From positions 1 through 20,919 of the forward strand of contig DXJL01000132.1 of assembly GCA_019057635.1 (NCBI GenBank): a stretch of 20,919 nucleotides of DNA, given 5' to 3'. Each line of letters begins with the position of its first letter. Within the stretch, counting starts at the first letter, position 1. Of this stretch, positions 9,075-17,632 are shown piece after piece. Both the position numbers and the translations under genes were made by a program. The notes beneath the pieces are model-generated. The model had not been told where the DNA came from. It searched no databases and saw nothing but the letters and a program-made list of their open reading frames with translations. The stretch is from Candidatus Heimdallarchaeota archaeon. GTDB taxonomy: Archaea > Asgardarchaeota > Heimdallarchaeia > Hodarchaeales > Hodarchaeaceae.

Positions 9075-9854
9075 TCACTTCAAAAAATCATCTAACTGTT
9101 TTGTTCTTACAACATGCGAAGGACGCTTAACTGTAGGGAAAATGTCTTGCCAAGGTATACTTACTGACGTTAGATTATGGGTTTTTAGATAAGAAAGAAC
9201 TTTTTTTGGTATGTGATTGGCTACCAGAATACCCCGAACCTTTTCCCCTTGGTTTTGGAAAAATTCGATATACCGATGTAATTGATACGCATCATTTAAT
9301 GTAGCGGCTTGTTTCTTCACTTCAATCACTGCATAGTTATTATTTGAATCTTGGGCGTATAAATCGATAAATCCAAAAGCGATTTCCTTTTCTCGCTCAA
9401 TAATTTTAAGATCTGGTTCAATGAGGTCAGGATGGAGAACTAACTGATCTACAAAATCTTTCTCATCACCATAAGTATGACCCCCTTTCCGAATCTTTTC
9501 ACTGATCTCAAGAAAAGCAGCGAATAATATAGTGTAAAAAGTGATGAAAAACGATTCGTCTGTTTTAGGCCGGTAAGATTCCATAATTAGGGTCTTTTTC
9601 TCATTATTGTGAGTGAAAACAATCTTGCCTGCTTTAGCTTTTTGCCACTGAACAGGACGGGTTCCGATTGCATTATGAAGCAAAATACTTCCATCTTTCT
9701 TGATTAAAAGAGTTCGCTCTCCTTTTTCAAGTGTGGACTTAATACGACCATCAAAAATTGAGTCACAAAGCCCCACAAGAATGATAGTATCCCTAGTAAG
9801 GTGAGAAGGAAGGATTTCAGCAAGCTTGGATAGTTCTTTTGGAAGTATATCCAA
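9075..9854 (-). CDS. nucS: Mismatch-specific endonuclease NucS/EndoMS
   Basis: N-terminal 'FDGRIKSTL..GERTLLIKKDGSILLH....PVQWQ'; RecB-like nuclease core 'GFIDLYAQD...VIEVKK......QLHRY...VRGILVA'; PIP-like C-terminus TKQLDDFLK; TTG start. Confidence 0.92.
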   Translation of the reverse strand: MDILPKELSKLAEILPSHLTRDTIILVGLCDSIFDGRIKSTLEKGERTLLIKKDGSILLHNAIGTRPVQWQKAKAGKIVFTHNNEKKTLIMESYRPKTDESFFITFYTILFAAFLEISEKIRKGGHTYGDEKDFVDQLVLHPDLIEPDLKIIEREKEIAFGFIDLYAQDSNNNYAVIEVKKQAATLNDAYQLHRYIEFFQNQGEKVRGILVANHIPKKVLSYLKTHNLTSVSIPWQDIFPTVKRPSHVVRTKQLDDFLK

Positions 9855-9897
9855 TTTTAACCCTCAATAGTTTGTTTCCAGTGAAATTTAGCCAACA

Positions 9898-10347
9898 TTA
9901 GTCTAATTCTGCGAGTACGTCTTCAAGTAGACTTTTTGAGATATTTTCTTCTACTGTTTGAGCAGTTCGCAGTAAATTAATCTGATCACTTATTTCTGTG
10001 GTATAGCGATTAATTCCCTTTTTCACCTTCTGAACATTGGCGTTCTGGGAAATAACTCCAACTAAAATGCAATCTTCACTGATCGATTGTAAAATAAGTT
10101 TACCACCACTAAACTCAGAAAAAATAAAGCCTAGAGATCCTAATTGTACTTCACTTCCTTGTTGTCTCATACCAATAAATAATGCCATGGATAGAGCACC
10201 AATTCCTTCTAATTCTAGTATTGAAGATGATCTCGTTACATTAGCCAATGTAAGCCCAGTTGAATCTGTAAGCATTGCATGTTGGAGTCCAGGAGTATTT
10301 TTAATGATTTTAACAAGAATATTGTGAATACTAAGTGAGATATCCAT
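9898..10347 (-). CDS. Roadblock/LC7 (MglB/LAMTOR-like) domain protein
   Basis: Roadblock pattern: 'TPGLQHAMLTDSTGLTLA', helix 'IGALSMALF', 'LGSLGFIFSEFSGGKLILQSI...ILVGV'; acidic helical tail. ATG 10347 used; GTG 10356 is an alternative start. Confidence 0.88.
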   Translation of the reverse strand: MDISLSIHNILVKIIKNTPGLQHAMLTDSTGLTLANVTRSSSILELEGIGALSMALFIGMRQQGSEVQLGSLGFIFSEFSGGKLILQSISEDCILVGVISQNANVQKVKKGINRYTTEISDQINLLRTAQTVEENISKSLLEDVLAELD

Positions 10348-10586
10348 GAATTTCACCTGAAGGGTTTGTCAGATATCAAGAAGTACAATAAAAGATGTTA
10401 GAAATTTCCTTATTAAATATTTGCCCATTTTTTACCCCCATAGAAGAAGAAGGAATTACTTCTCATGAAAAAATCTTGATTGCATATTATACTCATAGAA
10501 GTCGACAAAAGATTTTAAAATGAAATCTTCTTCCACATGCAAATTAAGCTTGAAATAAATAGTAGATTAGTTACATGTGATGATCA

Positions 10587-11933
10587 ATGGCAGAAACGGT
10601 TAATACAAACAAGATACCTGTATTGATAGCGGGTGTGATTGGATGGGCCCATGATGGATTTGCTTTAGTCTTGGTGTCCTTATTAGCAACGACAATTGCA
10701 GAGGAATTTGCAGTTACTAAAGTTGAACTCGGTTTTGTATTCTCAGCACAGTATATTATGACAGTTTTCGGTGCTGCATTCTTTGGGTTGATGGCTGATA
10801 AGTTTGGTAGGAAACGAGTGCTTTTATTATCCGTTCTATGGGATTCTGTATTCACAGCTCTTTCTGCTTTTGCCCCGACATTCGCAATCTTTGCTATTTT
10901 GCGTTTAATTTCTGGATTAGGTGTATCCTGGGGTATATCCTTCTCTCTTCTTTCTGAGACATTTTCCTCTGAAAAACGTGGGAAAGCAGGTGGTCTCGTT
11001 CATGCCACCTTTGTGGTGGGTTATATTGCAGCAGTTATTGTTACACTTATCTTTGGCGATATAGCTCCTGTTGTTATTGGCCCTCTCGTCCTTGAAGGAT
11101 GGAGAATTTGCTTTTTATCAGCCCTTTTCCCAATCCCATTCCTCATATACTTGGAGTACAAATTAGATGAATCAACAGTATGGACGGAACAAAAAGAACG
11201 TTTAGAACGTGAATCTAAAGAAATGAGAATTGATGACGAGAAGGAAGAAACAACAGGAATATCCGATATATTCCGAAGTCAGTGGGTAAAATTCATGGTA
11301 CTCTTAACAGTGCTCTTCTGGTTATCAGAATTTGCCTATCATGCGTTAGCCGATTGGGCTCCTACATATTTCGAATATCTGTTTATTCATGAATTACAAC
11401 AGAGTGGAGGAAATGTTGATTCAGCCCAAACACTTGCTAGGATGCTAATGTTAGGAATAATGGTTGTAGCTGGATTTGCTCTGTTCTTGACTGGATGGGC
11501 GAGTGATTATATAGGACGAAAAAAGGCTTTTGCCTATAGTAGCGTAATCGGACTTGTAGGAGTAAGTCTTTTTGCAATTTTCAACTTTGTTACCTATATT
11601 TTCCCATTAATAATCGTTGGATGTCTTGTATTAACGTTTTCATTCGGAATGCATGGCGTATTTGGTATTTGGAGTAGCGAGGTATTTCCTACTAGATTTC
11701 GGGCAACCGCCACATCATTTATCTTCTCTGTAGCACGAGCTTTGGCTCTTGGGGCATTTATAATTGGAATTATAACAACTCAACTCGAACCAGATGTACC
11801 ACTCTTATCGGATCCTCTTGGTTTTGCACAAGCATTAGCAGTGGGAATGACTTTGTGTGTTTTTGCCTACATTGCCATGTTTTTCGTTCTACGACTTATT
11901 CCTGAAACAAAAGGCAAGGATATCTCATTTTAA
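10587..11933 (+). CDS. MFS transporter, organic acid/sugar acid:H+ symporter-like (AAHS/SHS-like)
   Basis: 'GWAHDGF', motif A 'GLMADKFGRK', 'RLISGLG', 'SETFSSEKRG', 'SDYIGRK', 'SEVFPTRFRATA', 'PETKG'. Confidence 0.92.
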   Translation: MAETVNTNKIPVLIAGVIGWAHDGFALVLVSLLATTIAEEFAVTKVELGFVFSAQYIMTVFGAAFFGLMADKFGRKRVLLLSVLWDSVFTALSAFAPTFAIFAILRLISGLGVSWGISFSLLSETFSSEKRGKAGGLVHATFVVGYIAAVIVTLIFGDIAPVVIGPLVLEGWRICFLSALFPIPFLIYLEYKLDESTVWTEQKERLERESKEMRIDDEKEETTGISDIFRSQWVKFMVLLTVLFWLSEFAYHALADWAPTYFEYLFIHELQQSGGNVDSAQTLARMLMLGIMVVAGFALFLTGWASDYIGRKKAFAYSSVIGLVGVSLFAIFNFVTYIFPLIIVGCLVLTFSFGMHGVFGIWSSEVFPTRFRATATSFIFSVARALALGAFIIGIITTQLEPDVPLLSDPLGFAQALAVGMTLCVFAYIAMFFVLRLIPETKGKDISF

Positions 11934-11945
11934 GACTATAATTCC

Positions 11946-11983
11946 AGGGGAATCAAGCGATTCTCCTTCCTATTCTCTTTTTT
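11946..11983 (+). terminator. Hairpin plus T-tract between convergent genes
   Basis: AGGGGAATC-AAGC-GATTCTCCT stem-loop (11946-11967, one G-U pair) followed by a pyrimidine run ending in TTTTTT (11978-11983). Confidence 0.5.
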
Positions 11984-11986
11984 AGC

Positions 11987-12958
11987 TTAGTCATATTGCT
12001 GCATCATCATGAGTAATTGAAATGTTGCCGCTTCTTTTTCTTTCATTGATTCAGTCATATCCTTACTAGAATAGTCATGAAACCCTATCCCACTCTTAAC
12101 ACCTAGTGTACCCTTATGAATCATATCTTTCAGAAATTCAGGAGGTTTTGTTGAACGATCTAAGGCAGGATACAGATACGAAAGTACGTTATTTATGGTG
12201 TCTAATCCCATCATGTCTACCATCTCAAATACTTTCATCACGGGTAATCTTAGGCCTAATCCATATCTAACTGTCGTTTCTAAATCATCGACATCCATTA
12301 CTTCATTGTCGACTAAGTACATCAATTCTCTAAAGATAGCTGCTTGTAATCGATTATGAACATATCCAGGAATATCTTTTTTCACTAAAACTGGACGCTT
12401 ATTCACATTTGTTAATAAGTCAGTCATAAGTGAAACAGTTTCATCAGAAGTCTTTGCACCCATTACCACTTCAACTAGTGGCATGAGAAGTGGAGGGTTC
12501 ATGAAGTGAGTGCCAATACATCTTTCAGGATATCGTGTAACTTTGGTAATTTCTGTGATACTTAATCCAGAAGAATTTGTCGCTAGAATCGCGGTTGATG
12601 GCACAATATCTTCAATTTTTTTGAAGAAATTCTGTTTGAGATCAATCTTCTCTGGAATTACTTCAATAATGAGGTGAGAATCCTTGAGATCCTTGAGATC
12701 CGAAATAAAATGGATTCGTTCGCGAGCAATCTGTAAATCTTCACTACTGAAGATTCCAACGCTTTCTACCTTTGCAAAATCCACTTCCATGCGTTTTTGA
12801 GCGTTCTGAATTGCTTCACTTGAAATATCAAACAAATTGATGTTAAAATCAAATGAAGACCCAAAAATTGCTAAAACTTCCGCTATCCCAGGCCCCATGA
12901 CCCCCGCGCCGATGATTCCGATATTCTTAATTTTATTTAAATCCATTTCCTTCACCAT
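11987..12958 (-). CDS. 3-hydroxyacyl-CoA dehydrogenase family protein (L-gulonate/carnitine 3-dehydrogenase-like)
   Basis: GAGVMG Rossmann motif, EVIPEKIDLK, ATNSSGL, catalytic HFMNPP..MPLVEV, PGYVHNRLQ, GLGLR, GVKSGIGFHDY. Start moved to ATG 12958 to avoid overlap with the SDR gene. Confidence 0.88.
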   Translation of the reverse strand: MVKEMDLNKIKNIGIIGAGVMGPGIAEVLAIFGSSFDFNINLFDISSEAIQNAQKRMEVDFAKVESVGIFSSEDLQIARERIHFISDLKDLKDSHLIIEVIPEKIDLKQNFFKKIEDIVPSTAILATNSSGLSITEITKVTRYPERCIGTHFMNPPLLMPLVEVVMGAKTSDETVSLMTDLLTNVNKRPVLVKKDIPGYVHNRLQAAIFRELMYLVDNEVMDVDDLETTVRYGLGLRLPVMKVFEMVDMMGLDTINNVLSYLYPALDRSTKPPEFLKDMIHKGTLGVKSGIGFHDYSSKDMTESMKEKEAATFQLLMMMQQYD

Positions 12959-12977
12959 GGAGAATTTTCGCTTAATT

Positions 12978-13955
12978 CTATATTTTGTATTCTGGTGTAG
13001 TACGTACTTCTGCAATAAAATCTTTAACCAGTTCTTTTGGAGAATATGAGGGAGAATAACCTAGATCTTTGAAGATTGCCTCACTTTCTCCTTTCATCAT
13101 TGACCAACTGCGAAGCATGAAAGTCAATTCAGGATCAGGCTCATACTCAATAATTGCATCTGGAATTTCCTGTTGTACATAAGATGCTAGATCTTCTGCG
13201 GTAACCCATACCCCATCTATATTGTATGCTTGTTCTGGGATATCTTCGCGGTCGTGGAGACTTGCTAAGAACTTAGTTGAATCTTTAATATAAATAAGAG
13301 GAACCGCAATATCCTCTTCAACATTGCATATTGCCTTTTCTCCCTGAGCTGGAAATTGTATGATATTATTGGCAAAAATTGTCATACCTTGGCCAGTTCT
13401 TCCTGGACCTATTAGAGCTGGGAAACGAATGGAAGTGAAATTCACGCCCTGTCTTCGATGATAAAACGAGCCTAATACTTCAGAGCAAACTTTGCCAACC
13501 CCATACATGGTCCATGGATCACGATATGAATGCTCTGTAACTGGTAAATCGACCCCGGGACCATAAATAGCTCCGGAACTAGAATAAATGACCCTTGGGA
13601 TATTGAATAAACGTGCACATTCCAATATGTTAAGAGTACCCTGGATATTAATTTTAAAGGCATCTCTTAATTCAGATTCCGTCAATGGTGGCATTAAACT
13701 ACCAAAATGATAAATCGTTGATATTTCCTCAAGTTTTTCGAATTGAGAGTGTAATTCTGGCCATTTAGAGATATCTCCCCTGAGCACTTTAATTCTGGGA
13801 TTTTTCTCAAATGATATCATTCGTTTTTCATTGATGATGAAATCGTAGAGCATAATATCCTCTGATGTCGTATCTAGTAATTCTTTAGCAAGAAATGAGC
13901 CAATAAAACCAGTTCCACCTGTAATGAGTATTGTCATGTTATCGTCCTCAGACAT
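12978..13955 (-). CDS. Extended SDR, NAD-dependent epimerase/dehydratase family, L-threonine/erythronate dehydrogenase-like
   Basis: TGGTGFIG, SSGAIYG, catalytic YGVGK (YxxxK), 'SIRFPALIG'. ATG 13955 overlaps the upstream stop as TAATG. Confidence 0.88.
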   Translation of the reverse strand: MSEDDNMTILITGGTGFIGSFLAKELLDTTSEDIMLYDFIINEKRMISFEKNPRIKVLRGDISKWPELHSQFEKLEEISTIYHFGSLMPPLTESELRDAFKINIQGTLNILECARLFNIPRVIYSSSGAIYGPGVDLPVTEHSYRDPWTMYGVGKVCSEVLGSFYHRRQGVNFTSIRFPALIGPGRTGQGMTIFANNIIQFPAQGEKAICNVEEDIAVPLIYIKDSTKFLASLHDREDIPEQAYNIDGVWVTAEDLASYVQQEIPDAIIEYEPDPELTFMLRSWSMMKGESEAIFKDLGYSPSYSPKELVKDFIAEVRTTPEYKI

Positions 13956-15664
13956 TACTCCCAATATGAAGGATCTGCTTTTGTTGCTGCACTCTGATTC
14001 AGGATATTCGTTACCGATCCATCGACTCTCACATCGACTACTGTTACGGTTCCACTCTTTATCGCACGTTTGATTGCAGAAGGTACATCTTCAGGACGAG
14101 TAACTAACTCACCTTGCCCTCCCAAGCTTTCAGCGAACTTTACATAATCTATATGGTTTTTTTCATCCAAAGTTGTACCAATCCGCTCTCCCCAGGACAG
14201 ATCTTGGTTATGAGCTATCATGCCCCATAGGGAATCATTTTCAATAATTATTGTGAGCGGTAGGTCATAGCGAATAGCTGTATCTATTTCTGCTCCATTG
14301 AATAGAAAACTTCCATCGCCTGAGAGCACCATAATATTTTTATCAGGTTCTGCTAGCTTTGCAGCTATACCCATAGGTAAACCAGCACCTAAATGGCCAG
14401 TGGGACCGTGTGATCCAATGATTTGACCTGGATAAGTAGCTTTCAAAATTAAGTTTGCCCACACGGTTGTATCACCCCCATCTAAGAATAACCGTGTATT
14501 ATCATCTAAGAATTCTTGAATATCTTTAGTGAGCTTTTGTGGCTTGATGGGAATATCATTTGAGTCTACAGGGCCACTGATCATTTCTTCTAGCTGAATA
14601 CGGTCGGTTTTTATTGTAGTTGCCCATTCATTGTGTAACCTGACTTTTGGTTTTAATTTTTTCACAGCTGCAAGTAATTGCTTCAAGAATGGATCAATTG
14701 AGCAGGCAATTCCTAATTCTAAAGGTCGATTTTTACCCACTTCGGTTGCTTCAGGATCTACATGTACTATTTTTACATCTTCTGAATAAAAGGCTGGATT
14801 CGTTCCGAATCCTTGGTATTCACCAAAAATCACTCCAAGTGCCAGTATAAAATCTGCTTGATTAAGTAATATATTTTGAATTGCACTGCCAATAGCTAAA
14901 GGATGAAGTTCGGGGATTGAACCCTTTCCTAAATCATCATAGGCTACTGGAATTGATAAATATTCAGCTAAAGTCAAAAGACTCTCTGAGGCTTGCCCCC
15001 AGTATACTCCACTTCCAGAAATTACAACTGGATTGTGTGCTGTTAACAGAAGATCAGCAGTTTTCTTTACTAGTGATGGATCAGGATATCTGTGTCCCTT
15101 AGGACGATATTGATCTGGATTTAATCCAAAAAAAGGGCTTGAAGCATCTATTTCTGATTCAAGTGTAAGAATATCTACAGGAATATCAAGTAAGACTGGG
15201 CCCATATTTTCTGCTGTACAAGCTCTAAATGCATCTTGCATATATTCTGGAATTCGATGAGTGTTATGTACCATACGTGCATATTTTGTGGTAGGTACAG
15301 CTAATGGTAAATGATCCACCTCTTGAGCAGCATGTTTATTTAGATCTCTAAGGGCAGTATGTCCTGTTATTGCCACTACTGGACTATGTGCATAATAAGC
15401 ACTAATTAATGCTGGAAGAACATTTGAAAAACCAGGACCAGCTGTCACCAAGCAGACTCCTGGGGTTCTGGTAGTTTTAGCCCATCCTTCCGCTGCATTT
15501 CCTGCAGCTTGTTCATGTCTAGTAGTGATAATTGGTATCCCCTCTTCTACTAAGCCTTTGTAGATCGGGTTGATATGACCTCCTGATAACGTGAAAACAT
15601 ATTCAATATCTTCTAGCTTTAAACTTTTCGCTACGAATGAGCCACCTGATAACCTTTTTGTCAT
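13955..15664 (-). CDS. Thiamine-diphosphate-dependent enzyme, 2-hydroxyacyl-CoA lyase/ILVBL (ALS-like) group
   Basis: FTLSGGHI, catalytic RHEQAA, VTAGPG, GPVLLDIPVD, DGGD, ThDP motif GDGSFLF...ENDSLWG. The start MTKRLSGG (15664) is preferred over the 612-aa version that overlaps the AOR gene. Confidence 0.88.
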   Translation of the reverse strand: MTKRLSGGSFVAKSLKLEDIEYVFTLSGGHINPIYKGLVEEGIPIITTRHEQAAGNAAEGWAKTTRTPGVCLVTAGPGFSNVLPALISAYYAHSPVVAITGHTALRDLNKHAAQEVDHLPLAVPTTKYARMVHNTHRIPEYMQDAFRACTAENMGPVLLDIPVDILTLESEIDASSPFFGLNPDQYRPKGHRYPDPSLVKKTADLLLTAHNPVVISGSGVYWGQASESLLTLAEYLSIPVAYDDLGKGSIPELHPLAIGSAIQNILLNQADFILALGVIFGEYQGFGTNPAFYSEDVKIVHVDPEATEVGKNRPLELGIACSIDPFLKQLLAAVKKLKPKVRLHNEWATTIKTDRIQLEEMISGPVDSNDIPIKPQKLTKDIQEFLDDNTRLFLDGGDTTVWANLILKATYPGQIIGSHGPTGHLGAGLPMGIAAKLAEPDKNIMVLSGDGSFLFNGAEIDTAIRYDLPLTIIIENDSLWGMIAHNQDLSWGERIGTTLDEKNHIDYVKFAESLGGQGELVTRPEDVPSAIKRAIKSGTVTVVDVRVDGSVTNILNQSAATKADPSYWE

Positions 15665-15753
15665 GATTCTACACCGATAGTAATTCTTCCTGTTGGAACA
15701 TACTAGGATACAAGTAGAAGGAGTACTGCCAAATTTTTGGGTGAGATTTTTAT

Positions 15754-15771
15754 TGATTTCGTAACAAATCA
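15754..15771. promoter_or_regulatory. Inverted repeat (candidate operator) in divergent promoter region
   Basis: TGATTT-cgtaac-AAATCA, directly after a TTTTTAT TATA-like stretch and 14 nt before the AOR ATG. Confidence 0.4.
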
Positions 15772-15785
15772 CTTTTCTGATTAAA

Positions 15786-17630
15786 ATGTCCAATGGGTTT
15801 CATAATCGAATGGTACGGGTCAATCTTTCCACAAATCAAATAAAAAGGGAAACTTTGCCAGTTAATGCCGTTAAGAATTTTATGGGTGGGAAAGGGCTAG
15901 GTGCATTCATATTGACACACGAGCTTGATTCAGGAATTGATCCTCTAGGACATGAAAATAAAATAATCGTTGCCACGGGTCCACTCCAAGGATCAGTTGT
16001 ACCTATCTGTGGACGTTATTGCATAGTGACAAAATCTCCTCTTACAGGATTATTTTTAGATTCTCATGCTGGAGGATTTATAGGTCCCGAGTTAAAATTT
16101 GCTGGTTGGGATGCAATTGTCATTGAAGGAGTAGCAAAGTCACCTTGTTTTCTCTCAATTATCGATGATGATATTCAACTCAAAGATGGTGAACATCTCA
16201 AAGGTTTAACAACTTTAGATAAAGAATTTGCCCTCAAAGAAGAGCTAGGAGAATCCAAGGCGAGAATAATGTCAATTGGGCCTGCAGGGGAAAATCTCGT
16301 TAAGTTTGCATGCGTTACAAGTGATAGTTTTAGAAATATTGGTCGCGGTGGAGTAGGAGCTGTGTTTGGCAGTAAGGGCTTACTTGCTATTGCAATAAAA
16401 GGATCCAACAAAAATCTACCAGTTGCTAACGAAGAAAAATTAAAGCAATTAGCGAAGAATCTTCGTGAAAGAGCAGCAAAAGGAAGAGAGGTTGATCATT
16501 GGATTTATCAGGTTGGTACTCCTGCGTTGGTGAATTTTGCTTCTCAAGGTGACCAGATACCAGTCAAAAATTTCCAGTTCGGGACTGTAGAAAATCCTGA
16601 AGAATTTGGACGAGAAGCCGTAGAAGCTCATAAAACTAAGAAATTTCCTTGTTATAAGTGTGTAATACAATGTGCTCATGTATTTAGCGATGATTATTCC
16701 TTTAAAGATCATGAATATCATATTGCTGCAGTTCCTGAGTATGAAACGTTAGGTTTGATTGGTACAAACTGTGATGTAAAATTTGAAACCGTTGTCGAAG
16801 CAAACTATCTCCTAAATAAGCTTGGTCTTGATTCAATAAGTGCAGGGAGTGCTTGTGCTTTTTTTATGGAATGTTCGGAAAAAGGACTAGTACCAACCGA
16901 ATATACAGAAGAAAAGATCATGTTTGGTGATGACAAGGGACTTCTGTCTTTAATCCGTAAGATTGCATATCGTGAGGGTGTAGGTGAGCTATTAGCTGAA
17001 GGAACCAGGAAAACTGCAGAAGTATTTGGTCAAGATTCCCATAAATTTGCTATAAATGTCAAAGGATTAGATATGGCTGCGTGGGATCCAAGAGGAAAAT
17101 TAGCTTTGGGTTTGAGTTACGCTACGGCAGCTGTAGGTGCTTCCCACCTACGTGGATGGCCTTCAACGTCTAAATTACCCAAAGATGAGGAAGTTTCACC
17201 TGAGATAGTCCGAACGATGATTGAGAGTACTGATCTAAAGCTAGTTAAGGATTCACTTATTATCTGCCACTTTACTCATTCCATTATACCTGCTCTTGAT
17301 ATTGAAGATACTCAAGCGCTTTATGAGGCTGTTACTGGCTCTTCTACTAATGTTGTAGAGATTGCACAGAATATTTGGAGTTTAACGCGGTATTTTAACA
17401 TGCGTGAGTTTAAAATTCACAAAAATCCCGCAGGTGTTTATGATACACTCCCCCACCGAATTTTAAATGAACCCCTTCCAACAGGAAGTGCTGCAGGATC
17501 AAAAGCGTTCATTTCGAAAGAAGATTTCCAGCAAGGATTAAAATATCTATATAGTATGAGACGTTGTAAAGATGATGGGGATCTCACTGATCATGAAGTT
17601 ACGAGAATAGAGAATCTTGTTGGAATTTAA
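15786..17630 (+). CDS. aor: Aldehyde:ferredoxin oxidoreductase family (tungstopterin, 4Fe-4S)
   Basis: GGKGLG, KSPLTG..DSHAGG, IGPAGE, GRGGVGAVFGSK, CYKCVIQC plus distal Cys (DSLIIC), PEYET, GLDSIS, LAEG, DPRG. Confidence 0.93.
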   Translation: MSNGFHNRMVRVNLSTNQIKRETLPVNAVKNFMGGKGLGAFILTHELDSGIDPLGHENKIIVATGPLQGSVVPICGRYCIVTKSPLTGLFLDSHAGGFIGPELKFAGWDAIVIEGVAKSPCFLSIIDDDIQLKDGEHLKGLTTLDKEFALKEELGESKARIMSIGPAGENLVKFACVTSDSFRNIGRGGVGAVFGSKGLLAIAIKGSNKNLPVANEEKLKQLAKNLRERAAKGREVDHWIYQVGTPALVNFASQGDQIPVKNFQFGTVENPEEFGREAVEAHKTKKFPCYKCVIQCAHVFSDDYSFKDHEYHIAAVPEYETLGLIGTNCDVKFETVVEANYLLNKLGLDSISAGSACAFFMECSEKGLVPTEYTEEKIMFGDDKGLLSLIRKIAYREGVGELLAEGTRKTAEVFGQDSHKFAINVKGLDMAAWDPRGKLALGLSYATAAVGASHLRGWPSTSKLPKDEEVSPEIVRTMIESTDLKLVKDSLIICHFTHSIIPALDIEDTQALYEAVTGSSTNVVEIAQNIWSLTRYFNMREFKIHKNPAGVYDTLPHRILNEPLPTGSAAGSKAFISKEDFQQGLKYLYSMRRCKDDGDLTDHEVTRIENLVGI

Positions 17631-17632
17631 TT

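Noticed and set aside
12680-12701. 9-bp tandem repeat ATCCTTGAG x2 inside the dehydrogenase
   Set aside because: In-frame micro-duplication encoding DLKDLKD; no sign of a functional repeat.
12959-13015. N-terminal extension (TTG start) of the dehydrogenase
   Set aside because: It overlaps the SDR 3' end; ATG 12958 (or 12946) sits just before the Rossmann motif.
15665-15793. 43-aa N-terminal extension of the ThDP enzyme in the ORF track
   Set aside because: It overlaps the aor start head-to-head and spans the divergent promoter; family homology begins at MTKRLSGG (15664).
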